From Chiloscyllium plagiosum (lineage: Eukaryota), in the NCBI RefSeq assembly GCF_004010195.1, contig NC_057749.1, positions 16,577,015-16,641,014 on the forward strand: a stretch of 64,000 nt of DNA, given 5' to 3'. The notes under the pieces are model-generated. The model ran no database searches. It had not been told where the DNA came from and worked only from the letters and a program-made list of their open reading frames with translations. Below, one piece after another: positions 54,201 through 64,000 of the stretch. Position 1 is the stretch's first letter. Each line of letters starts with the position of its first letter. The translations under genes were made by a program, and so were the position numbers.

Positions 54201-55983
54201 ATTTATATTCCTAATGCAGTTTTAAAATTTAGACAAAAAGATAAAGAGTCAAAAATTAAGTTTGCTGCTCCATGACTCTAACCCCAAAAATACCATTAGA
54301 ACAGTGATAAGACTTGAGAGGAAACCAAAAGCCAGAAAGGTATACACCTTTGGAAGAATGCAATCCTGATGAATTTCCTTCCATTTTGTTGCTAGTCCAT
54401 TCACCAAGATTTCAGCTCAATTTTCAGCAGAAGTAACAAGAACTAAGCACAATTGCCAAAATATTGCAGTTAAGAGTTACATAAACTTTATTGCAGGTAC
54501 ATAGCTTGAGGGAATAGTATTTTCCATTGCTATGCAACAGCTTGTGTGACTCAGGAGCAGTTAGAGAGAATCTACTACTGGATACGTTAAAATTTGAGAA
54601 CTCCAAAATTTAGCAAAAATAACTGTAGCAACATGCAACACAACAGTTCTCAAAAGAGGAAGTTAGGAGTTTTGAAAGTCACAGCTTTATTAGTGATGGC
54701 CTTAGCAGTTGTTACTCGCTGTTTTTAGGTCTCGATTTGTGCTGTAAAGGTAACCATTAACTGAGCTTTGCATTGCTTGTTTTTCATGGTATTTTAGCAA
54801 AACAAGAAAGGGCATGTTATTATTAGGAGGCAAAGTGTGACTTACTCTATTTGACAAGACAATCAGGGTATCATTATTCTGTATCAAATCTTACTTTCAT
54901 CATATGAAAGTGCTGCCTTGGATATCTAAAAGACATCACACCCCTTGGATTAGGTTCAGAAGGTACATGCAGAAAACCTCCTCAAACCACTGTATACTGA
55001 TCAATGCCAGGCCCCAACGAAATACTTTAACAAGGTGAAGGACATAATTTTCCAAGCATTCAGGATGGTGAGAATTATCACTTGTTTCTGGTTACCAGCA
55101 GAAATGCCAGAATGCAGAAAGCACTTTTCATCAGGGTTTTGAAAGTTAAAGGTAGCAAATTTTTCCAAAGGTTTTGAAGGCTCCTGATGTGATAAATAGT
55201 AAAAGACTATTTGAACAGTCACAAAGATTCATCATACCTAAAAAGATATTAACTGGACAAAGAATGGAATTTGGGTCATCATGAAAATTAAATGAATGCT
55301 GCCCTTTGCAGTTGTATGTTAAAGTTCAGAACACTGAACTTTATACTGTGAATTATTAACAAAAGATTCTAATAGGAGATAAACACTTTAAAAGTTAACC
55401 TGTCATTTTTACATGGAAATATAAACAAAATACTGGTGTTTTCTTTTAATTAATCAGGTCAGCAGGTCTCCAGCTGTCTGCCTTCAGAATGATACAAAAT
55501 TAAAAGGGAGTGAGTTTGGATTATTTCCTCTGAGACATATTCTTCAAGGGAAGAAAGAGACAGAACTCACACAACACCAATATTTATGTTGCTGTAGATA
55601 GAGAGAAAAATAATTTGTATTTATATAGGAAAACAGATGTCTCAAAGCACTTTACAAAGCAATTTGTTTTTGAAGTGCAGTCATTTACGCGGAAAGATTT
55701 GCATTAAATTCCCAAATACAGCATTGAGAAAATGGTAGTTAATCTGTTACTTTCCTGAAGCTGCCTTGACCATCACATTGGATACTGGCTAACAGGAACA
55801 AAAGGTAGTTCTAGAGACACATGAAATAATGTGAAATGTCCACCTGAAGAAATGGTATTTCCCCATTTCTTTCCTAAACAGAAACACAGCACTTCCAACA
55901 ATACAGTACTCCCACAGTGCTGCATCTTTATTTTATTTATTCACATGTGGGATGTGAGCGTCGCTAGCTAGGCCAGCATTTAT

Positions 55984-56193
55984 GGATCAGTGGTGCTGGA
56001 AGAGCACAGCAACTCAGGCAGCATCCGAGGAGCTTCGAAATCGACGTTTCGGGCAAAAGCCCTTCATCAGGAAGGGCTTTTGCCCGAAACGTCGATTTCG
56101 AAGCTCCTCGGATGCTGCCTCAGTTGCTGTGCTCTTCCAGCACCACTGATCCAGAATCTGGTTTCCAGCATCTGCAGTCATTGTTTTTACCTT
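55984..56193. mobile_element. Young Penelope-derived fold-back element (family A)
   Basis: ~83 bp inverted arms with one mismatch and a 5 nt loop; 13 bp TSD ggccagcatttat (55971-55983, 56194-56206). Confidence 0.9.
56043..56070 (-). ncRNA. Minimal type I hammerhead ribozyme core
   Basis: Minus strand reads CUGAUGA-A-GGGC-UUUU-GCCC-GAAAC-GUC; all core positions intact. Confidence 0.75.
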
Positions 56194-58199
56194 GGCCAGC
56201 ATTTATTGCCCATTCCTAGTTGCCCTTAAAGTGGCGGTGGTGAGCTGCCTTCCTGAACCGCTGCAGTCCACCTGCTGTGGGTTGACCCACAATGCCCTTC
56301 CTGGTCTGTGAGATAGCTCTCCCAATTTTGGCACTAGACCACAGAGGTCACTAAGTGAGACTTTGCAGGGTCAACACGGCTGTCTTTTCTGATGCCAAGT
56401 TCGATGCCGGGTGATCACTCCAGTTTCATTTCTTTGAGACTTTGTAGCGATTGGTACAACTGAGTGGCTTGCCATGCCATCTAGAGGACAATTGAGAATC
56501 AACCAGATTGCCGTGGGTTTGGAGTCACATGTAGGCCAGACCAGGCAAAGACAGCAGATTTCCTTCCCTAAAGGACATTGTTGCTGCTGTTGGACTGGGA
56601 TGAACAACGTCAGAAGTCACATGACACCAGGCTTTAGTCCAACAGGTTTATTTAAAATCATAAGCTTTCAAAGCACTGCTCCTTCGTCAGGTGATTTCTG
56701 ACCTAAAGGACAAAAGTGAAGCAGAAGGATTTTTCTTATAGTCATCAGTGGATCTTTAATTCTAGATTTTTAAAAAAATTCAGTTAAATTCTACCATCTG
56801 CTGCAGTGAGATTCAAACCTGGGTCCCCAGAACTTTAGCAGAGTTTATGTCTGAATAGTCTAGCCATAATACCACTAGGCCATTACCCGTGACATCCCCA
56901 CTAGAATGCCAGCCTGTATTATATGCCTAAATCCTGGAGGTAAGCTTTAAACTCACAAGAGATTTTAATTCATATTAGTACTATCAACTGGTCCCAAGCT
57001 CACGTGGAAACAAATTCAATATTTGCTACTTTGAACTGTGTCAACCAACAGATTTGTTATTTTTTTTTAAAAAAGGCAAAGGTAACATGGTCAAAAATGT
57101 CCAACAGCTTCTGAGAAACTGTCCCAAACTTTTATCAAACTTTTAAAATGACAGTTGATGTTAGTGATTCAGGTAGGTGCGGTCTAATTGCAAAATGAAG
57201 AATCAGGAATAGAGAAGCTGTGAGGTACTTTTCTAAAAAAAAAGAAATTGAACCAATATCACAAATAGTAGTCAACAGCAGTAAAGTAAACTCTTAAGTT
57301 TATGTTTATCACGGCCACAAAGAAACATTAATATACACTGACTTTCATCCCTTGGCTTTTGTAGAAAAATTTAGAATTTGAAATGAGAAACTACTTTGAT
57401 TGAGCTTATCAGTTGACCCATATAAGAATTGTTCACATTGCTGGAAAGGACTATGTAATTGCAGACACACCAAGAACATGATGATGCTGGAATAGGTTGA
57501 AATTTTGTGAAGAAACAAGGAGTTCTACGAATCCTGCCTATAGAGTGAGTTGGGGTGACTGAATGCAATTGTGTTTTATTTACTGTATACACATTATGTT
57601 TACCTTATTAAACACATTTTAAAATGGTATTTCATCTCTTTAGCTTTGCAGACTTGCAAGGACAACATATATTTTATTTGCAATATAAATGGAGGTTTGG
57701 ACTGCAGTGCTGTGGGGGAAAGAACCAGTTGCTTCTTTTATAACTCGAAACAAAAGTGGAACTGTGTGGTGTTCACTCATTGATTACATAAGAACATGTA
57801 ACTTTTACTGACATTAGATTTGATATTTCCATGAGACAAATTAGCCTTAGGTGCCTTTGGGTTTGGAATGGAAAAGTAACTGCAATGATAGCGTTTAAAT
57901 TGTCTTTAAGTAACAGTTTGATACAGAACTGAGGAGACAGCATGTTTGGGCTTCAAATGTCTGCAAACAAGGCAGATTCCCCCCTCATGCACAGAATGGA
58001 AAATAAGTAACACTCAAGGACTAAGGTCTAACTGACCAGCTACTGAATTGAGAATCATTGCAGTCGATAACAATGTGATAGAATTGTCAAAAAAACCAAA
58101 CACAATGTTGAGAAAGTCACTTAATTTACCTTGTGTTTTGGACACTTGATTCACAGACTTTTTTTCCCCTATATTTTCGACTTCACAATATTCCTGTAA

Positions 58200-58400
58200 A
58201 ATTAGAATAGAATATAATAGAATCCCTACAGTGTGGAAACAGGCCATTTGGCCCAACAAATCCACACCGACCCTCCGAAGAGTAACCCATCCAGATCCAT
58301 TCCCCCATCCTATTACTCTACATTTACCCCTGACTAATGCACCTTACCTATACAGCCCTGAACACTATGGGCAATTTAGCACGGCCAATTCATCTAATCA
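58200..58400 (-). mobile_element. HE1-type SINE 3' part
   Basis: Homologous to 47110-47250. Confidence 0.75.
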
Positions 58401-58729
58401 GCATCGGTCTTGTCTATGCTATTTGTGAATGAATGTATCGATCTAAAGGATGTCCAGTTTAACTTTGCATGTTTGTAATTAATAATCTATTTTTGGTACA
58501 TCAGATAATAGGCTTTTGTAACAAATTAGTTTTTTATTTTCAGTTCATTGATGAACCCTGGTGAGAGTTTCTTTCATCTTCAATAGTGGTCACAGTCAGG
58601 TATCAGCCACTGTAGAGATTAATCAATTTCACATAGAGTTGTGGATTTCTAACTCAAACGCTGGAGTGTTTGATTTCTAATGCACTCTTCACATCAGGAT
58701 CGTGGCAACAGTCACTGGTCAGAACCACA

Positions 58730-59349
58730 ATCTATCTTTATATGTTACCTTTAATATAGTAAAGCATCCCGAGGTTCTTCACAAAACCAAACCACATTAG
58801 GAAATACTAGAAGCATGTCACAGCAGGTGATCCAAAGCGTGGTAAAATGGACTGGTTTGAAGGAACACATTAAAGGAGGAGAGAAGCAAAGGAATTTTGG
58901 AGCTTGAGGCCTCAGCAACTGAAGGACTACTCTCCCAATGGCAGAAGAGTTAAAATAGAGGTCAGAATTCAAGATGTGCAGCTAATAGTATTGTAGAATC
59001 ATTATAAAATGGTAGAATGTGGCCATGGAGGAAGTTGAAAATAAGGACAGAGGTAGAAACAGATTGTATTAGTAATAATGTTGATGTTAGTAAATTATCA
59101 AACTTATCTAGAAAAAGTGTAAATAGTTTGGTTCAGCCTCAGTTTCTAAGCAGGTGTCAATGGTTAGAAAATGGAGATCTTGGCAGGACTTACAAACAAT
59201 GGACTCCTTATTCCCAATATTTAATTAGAACAACGCAAGATGCCAGGTAATCAGTCCAATAACTTAGAGACATTAAGGGGTTGAGCGATGTTGTTGTAAG
59301 GTAGAGCTGAGGGGTGTCAACATACAAGTGAAATCTGATGTTTTTTATG
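58730..59349 (-). mobile_element. Old L2-like LINE fragment running into a gap
   Basis: FHLYVDTPQLYL resembles the L2 YADDTQLY motif. Confidence 0.55.
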
Positions 59350-60472
59350 NNNNNNNNNNNNNNNNNNNNNNNNNNNNNNNNNNNNNNNNNNNNNNNNNNN
59401 NNNNNNNNNNNNNNNNNNNNNNNNNNNNNNNNNNNNNNNNNNNNNNNNNNNNNNNNNNNNNNNNNNNNNNNNNNNNNNNNNNNNNNNNNNNNNNNNNNNN
59501 NNNNNNNNNNNNNNNNNNNNNNNNNNNNNNNNNNNNNNNNNNNNNNNNNNNNNNNNNNNNNNNNNNNNNNNNNNNNNNNNNNNNNNNNNNNNNNNNNNNN
59601 NNNNNNNNNNNNNNNNNNNNNNNNNNNNNNNNNNNNNNNNNNNNNNNNNNNNNNNNNNNNNNNNNNNNNNNNNNNNNNNNNNNNNNNNNNNNNNNNNNNN
59701 NNNNNNNNNNNNNNNNNNNNNNNNNNNNNNNNNNNNNNNNNNNNNNNNNNNNNNNNNNNNNNNNNNNNNNNNNNNNNNNNNNNNNNNNNNNNNNNNNNNN
59801 NNNNNNNNNNNNNNNNNNNNNNNNNNNNNNNNNNNNNNNNNNNNNNNNNCCACAAAGCATTCACAAAAACTAAAAGATGCTTGAAAGCTCAATATTGTAA
59901 CCAACTATTTGGTTAGGTTTGCACAAAGCAACTAGTAGTAAATTTGCAAACCTTGGGGTTATTACAGAAGACATTGCTTGTTTAAGCCTTTCTGCAAGCT
60001 GAGGGAGTTTTGAGACTTAATGGAGGGCAGTCTATTGGGCATATTGTGACACCATTTTTCTCTTTAAGTGGCAGGTTGCTGAAGTGCTGAAGAAATGTTG
60101 GCAAGCACTTTTCAGGGCGTAAGTGAGGAGGAGTGCCCCGAAATTCTGGGAACAAGGGGATGTCCAGTGAAGTGGCTGAGTTTTACATTGTTTCTGAGAT
60201 TGACTCTGTGTCTTCTCAGTGGAGAAGCAGAATAGTGACATGATTAGGAACCTGGAAAGAACCCAGTATGTTTACAGCAAGTGACCACACAAAGCAATTA
60301 CTAGCAGGTATAATCAGAAAAATGAGGGTTACCAACTTTGTGCAAAAGTCACGAAGAAATTGAATGATACTGTACAAGATAGGATGATATTTGGGATAAT
60401 AGCTTGGGGTTTGGTGGTGGTGGTGGTAGTGGCAGGGGGATGGGAAAACCAGAGTGAAATGTATCTAAACTT

Positions 60473-61262
60473 CAAAGTTTGTGAGAAGATTTGTAGCTCG
60501 GGTGCTCGTTGCTGTGGTTCTGTTCGCCGAGCTGGAAATTTCTGTTGCAAACGTTTCGTCCCCTGTCTAGGTGACATCCTCAGTGCTTGGGAGCCTCCTG
60601 TGAAGCGCTTCTGTGGTGTTTCCTCCGGCATTTATAGTGGCCTGTCCCTGCCGCTTCCGGTTGTCAGTTTCAGCTGTCCGCTGTAGTGGCCGGTATATTG
60701 GGTCCAGGTCGATGTGTTTGTTGATGGAGTTTGTGGATGAGTGCCATGCTTCTAGGAATTCCCTGGCTGTTCTTTGTTTNNNNNNNNNNNNNNNNNNNNN
60801 NNNNNNNNNNNNNNNNNNNNNNNNNNNNNNNNNNNNNNNNNNNNNNNNNNNNNNNNNNNNNNNNNNNNNNNNNNNNNNNNNNNNNNNNNNNNNNNNNNNN
60901 NNNNNNNNNNNNNNNNNNNNNNNNNNNNNNNNNNNNNNNNNNNNNNNNNNNNNNNNNNNNNNNNNNNNNNNNNNNNNNNNNNNNNNNNNNNNNNNNNNNN
61001 NNNNNNNNNNNNNNNNNNNNNNNNNNNNNNNNNNNNNNNNNNNNNNNNNNNNNTGTTGTGGCCCTTTTGAATAGTGTCTTGATGCAACTTTGTTTGTGTG
61101 TGTTGGGGTGGTTGCTTTCATAGTTCAGGACTTGGTCTGTGTGTGTAGCTTTCCTGTATACCTTTGTGGTGAATTCTCAGTTCGGTGTTCTCTGTATCAT
61201 CACGTCTAGGAACGGGAGTTGGTTATCCTTTTCTTCTTCTCTCGTGAATTGGATTCCTGTTA
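60473..61262 (-). mobile_element. Penelope-like element (Poseidon type), truncated
   Basis: Same family as 21037-22330; QRTAREFLEAWHSSTNSINKHIDLDPIY; 12 bp TSD gtatctaaactt (60461-60472, 61263-61274). Confidence 0.9.
60552..60583 (-). ncRNA. Hammerhead ribozyme core in the Poseidon-type terminus
   Basis: Minus strand reads CUGAGGA-U-GUC-(12 nt)-GAC-GAAAC-GUU. Confidence 0.6.
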
Positions 61263-61274
61263 GTATCTAAACTT

Positions 61275-62115
61275 GTTGATATGAAATTGGTGGGATATTG
61301 AAAAAAAGCTATAAATAGGTTGAGTTTAATACAGGAAGATGAGAGGTTCTACACTTTGGTAGGAAGATACAAAAAGCATATTATTTAAATGCACAGACTC
61401 CAGAAAGCACAGGACAGAGGGGTCTGGGTGTTCTTGCATATGAGACACAAAATTAGCATACAGGCACAGCAAGTAATTAAGAAAGCAATTGGAATTCTGG
61501 TCTTCATTGGTAGGGTTTGGAGTTTAAAAATAGGAGAGTCTTATTATAACTGTACAAAGTGTTAGTGAGGCCATACCTGGAGTATTGTGTACATTTCTGG
61601 TCCTAGTAGTTAAGGAAGGACGTACTAGCAATGGACGCAGTTCAATAGGGATTCACTCAGGTGATTTCCTGGGATGAAAGGGCTGACTTATCAAGAACAG
61701 CTGAACAGGTTTGCCCTTTATTCAGAGGTGTATTTATGAGAGCAGACCTTACTGAAACATATAAAATTCTGAGGCAGCCTGATAGGGTTGATGTTGTGAA
61801 GATGTTTCCACTAGTGGGGAGATCTTGAACTAAGGGACATAATTACAGTATAAAGAGATACTAATTTAAAACAGATGGAGGATTTCTTCTCCCAGAGGAC
61901 ATCGCATGCCAGTGATTCTCTGCCCAAGAGTTGTGCAGGCTAGATCACAAAGTATTGAAAGCGGAGGGAGATTTCTGAAACACCAGGAGTAGAGAGCTAA
62001 AAGGAGCTGGCACGAGAGAAGAGGCCTGGGGCAGATCAACTGTGATCATGTTAATGGAAAGGCAGGCTCAAGGGGCTGAATGGCCTACTGCTGGTATTTG
62101 TTACATTCTTGTATG
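61275..62115 (+). mobile_element. Old CR1 3' fragment
   Basis: LYKVLVRPYLEYCVHFW and DLTETYKIL motifs; 3' end gggctgaatggcctactgct. Confidence 0.8.
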
Positions 62116-62144
62116 ACATGTCTGTAAACAACTTTTACAGTAGA

Positions 62145-62511
62145 ATGCCAAAATTAGCACTACCAAATGCTTTGAAGACTTTTACTGTAACAGTCAAGAA
62201 GATGAAGATGGATGTGTTGTATGAAGAATTTGTCATTGGAGAAAGAGTTATACCCTCAGCCAAGATGAAGGATTGGCAGATCAGTGAGGAGAAGTACCTG
62301 AAACTTTGTTCCAAACCCAAGGAAATAAAACACAAATATGAAGATCATTCTCATACAGGAGGTTTCTCCACGATGACCACTGCTTGGAGGAACGAGGGGT
62401 ACAGACTGGAGGTGGTCAGTAGAACTCAACATATGCAATTTTTCAGAAGAACGCAAACACACATACCCCAGTTCTTGGAGGATAAATGTTTCCAAATATC
62501 ACTGGGAATGG
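62145..62511 (+). CDS. Probable first coding exon of an unidentified gene
   Basis: ttttacag|tagaATG (NAGNAG acceptor, A at -3), 122 open codons MPKLALPNALKTFTVTVKKMKMDVLYEEF...FLEDKCFQISLGM, strong phase-1 donor G|gtgagt; no similarity to a repeat that I recognise, lying between two CR1 fragments. Confidence 0.6.
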
Positions 62512-62614
62512 GTGAGTGTCAATTCGTATCAAACAATAGTCTCCCTGGGCTACTCCTTCTGCCGTCCCCCCTCCCCCCCCAAATGACTTGGTGAGTACAT
62601 TGGCTTTAAACTTA

Positions 62615-63415
62615 CAGAAACAGATCCTTTGGTCCAATCATTCATACCAACCAGATATCCCAAATTAGTCCCATTTGCCAGCATTTGACCCATAATCCAT
62701 CCAAACCCTTCCTATTCATATACCCATCCAGATGCCTTTTAAATATTGTAATTGCACCAGCCTCCACTATTTCCTCTGGCAACTCATTCCATACACACAT
62801 CACCCTCTGCATGAAATAGTTGCCCCTTCAGTCCCATTTATTTCTTTCCCCTCCACCGTAAACCAATACCCTCTAGTTTTGGACTCTCCAATGCTCGGAA
62901 AAGGACCTTGGCTACTTACCCTAACTATACCCCTCATGATTTTATAAACCACAAAAGGTCATCGTTCAACCTGCAACAGTCCAAGGAAAACGCCCCAGCC
63001 TATTCAGCCTCTCCCTCGAACTCAAACTTTCCAGCCCTGGCAGCATCCTTGTAAGTATTGTCTGTACCCTTTCAAGTTAAGCAACATCTTTCCTATAGCA
63101 GGGAGACTAGAACTAAACGCAATATTCCAAAAGTGGTCTAACCAATGTCCTGTACAGCTGCAACATGACATCTCAACTCCTGTACTCAATGCTTTGACCA
63201 ATAAAGGCAACCATACCAAACACTTTTTTCACGACCCTGTCTACCTGCAACTTGACTTTCAATGCACCATGAACCTGCACCCTAGGTCTCCTTGTTCAGC
63301 AACACTCCCCGGGCCCTACTATTAAGTGTACAAGTCCTGCCCTGATTTGCCTTGCCAAAATGCAGCATCTCACATTTATCCTTCTGCCACTCCTCAACTC
63401 ATTTGCCCATCTAAT
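62615..63415 (-). mobile_element. CR1 3' fragment
   Basis: Reverse-complement homolog of 49180-49800. Confidence 0.88.
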
Positions 63416-63834
63416 GGGATTTTGTATGCCATTAGCACATGATATGAGCCTTTAAAATATCTGAGGAATTGTTATATTTGGTTATATCTTATTCACAATT
63501 CCCAAACAAATTTCAATGGACAGCATAATGCCATTGCATACCCATCTATTGTTGTCCAAATAAATAATAAGTGGAGACTCTGTGCTTGTTCAGGTGAAAG
63601 CAAGAGATCCAATGACACATTTCTAAATCAAGAGTAATATCCATCTCCACATTAAACATCAGTTCCTCAACCCAGATTAATTAGTGATCCAGCCCCATGA
63701 ACAGGTGTGCATAACTAACCAGCATGTTTACTTAGAGTGCTTGCACTTCAGAATTAACTCACTAGACAGGAAGTCCTTTAACTTTTATTACGGACTTGAA
63801 AGATGTTGTATTTGTCCCAGAGATCCCTGGGACA

Positions 63835-64000
63835 TGCACTAAACAACCCCACCGCCCTACCTTCATCTACCTATTGCATTCCCAGCTACCTTCCCCCAGT
63901 GCCACTCCCCTCCCATTTATCTCTCAGCCCCCCTTGGGGACCCTCTCGTTCCTGATGAAAAGCTTATGCTCGAAACGTTGACTCTCCTGCTCCTTGGATG
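63835..64000 (+). mobile_element. Penelope-like terminus (family A), cut by the window edge
   Basis: ttcctgatgaaaagcttatgctcgaaacgttgactctcctgctccttggatg. Confidence 0.75.

Noticed and set aside
57365..57544. Selenoprotein reading of the in-frame TGA codons
   Set aside because: No redox motif, no homology to known selenoproteins that I can see, and no SECIS identified; three TGAs in 60 codons is expected by chance.
59208..59916. Long ORFs of 171-218 aa in the ORF track
   Set aside because: Almost entirely X; artefacts of the N gap (likewise the gap-spanning ORFs at 21298-21728 and 60567-61123, apart from their Penelope parts).

Overview
Vertebrate genomic DNA, almost certainly a cartilaginous fish (shark), judged from HE1-type V-SINEs, Deu-domain SINEs and abundant CR1 and Penelope-like repeats; it contains several assembly gaps. 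The only gene identified with confidence is FES (non-receptor tyrosine kinase) on the minus strand. Eleven coding exons (24276 down to 182) splice in frame through GT-AG junctions to give 1659 nt / 553 codons covering F-BAR, FX and SH2; the kinase exons lie beyond the left edge. Much of the rest is a nested transposon landscape: CR1, L2, Rex1/Babar and L1/Tx1 LINE fragments, two Penelope-like lineages with hammerhead-ribozyme cores, many 130-210 bp Penelope-derived inserts (some fold-back) with target-site duplications (TSDs), two solo LTRs, a TA-flanked MITE, a decayed Harbinger-type Myb/SANT gene and a 5S fragment joined to a tRNA-like SINE. No FURIN exon is recognisable in the ~40 kb upstream of FES. 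Instead there is an unidentified plus-strand coding-exon candidate at 62.1-62.5 kb and a CpG/STAT/ETS-rich island at ~41 kb. I cannot claim a new biological system. The best leads are the unidentified exon and the ribozyme-bounded mini-elements. Repeat boundaries were read by eye and are approximate unless a TSD is quoted.
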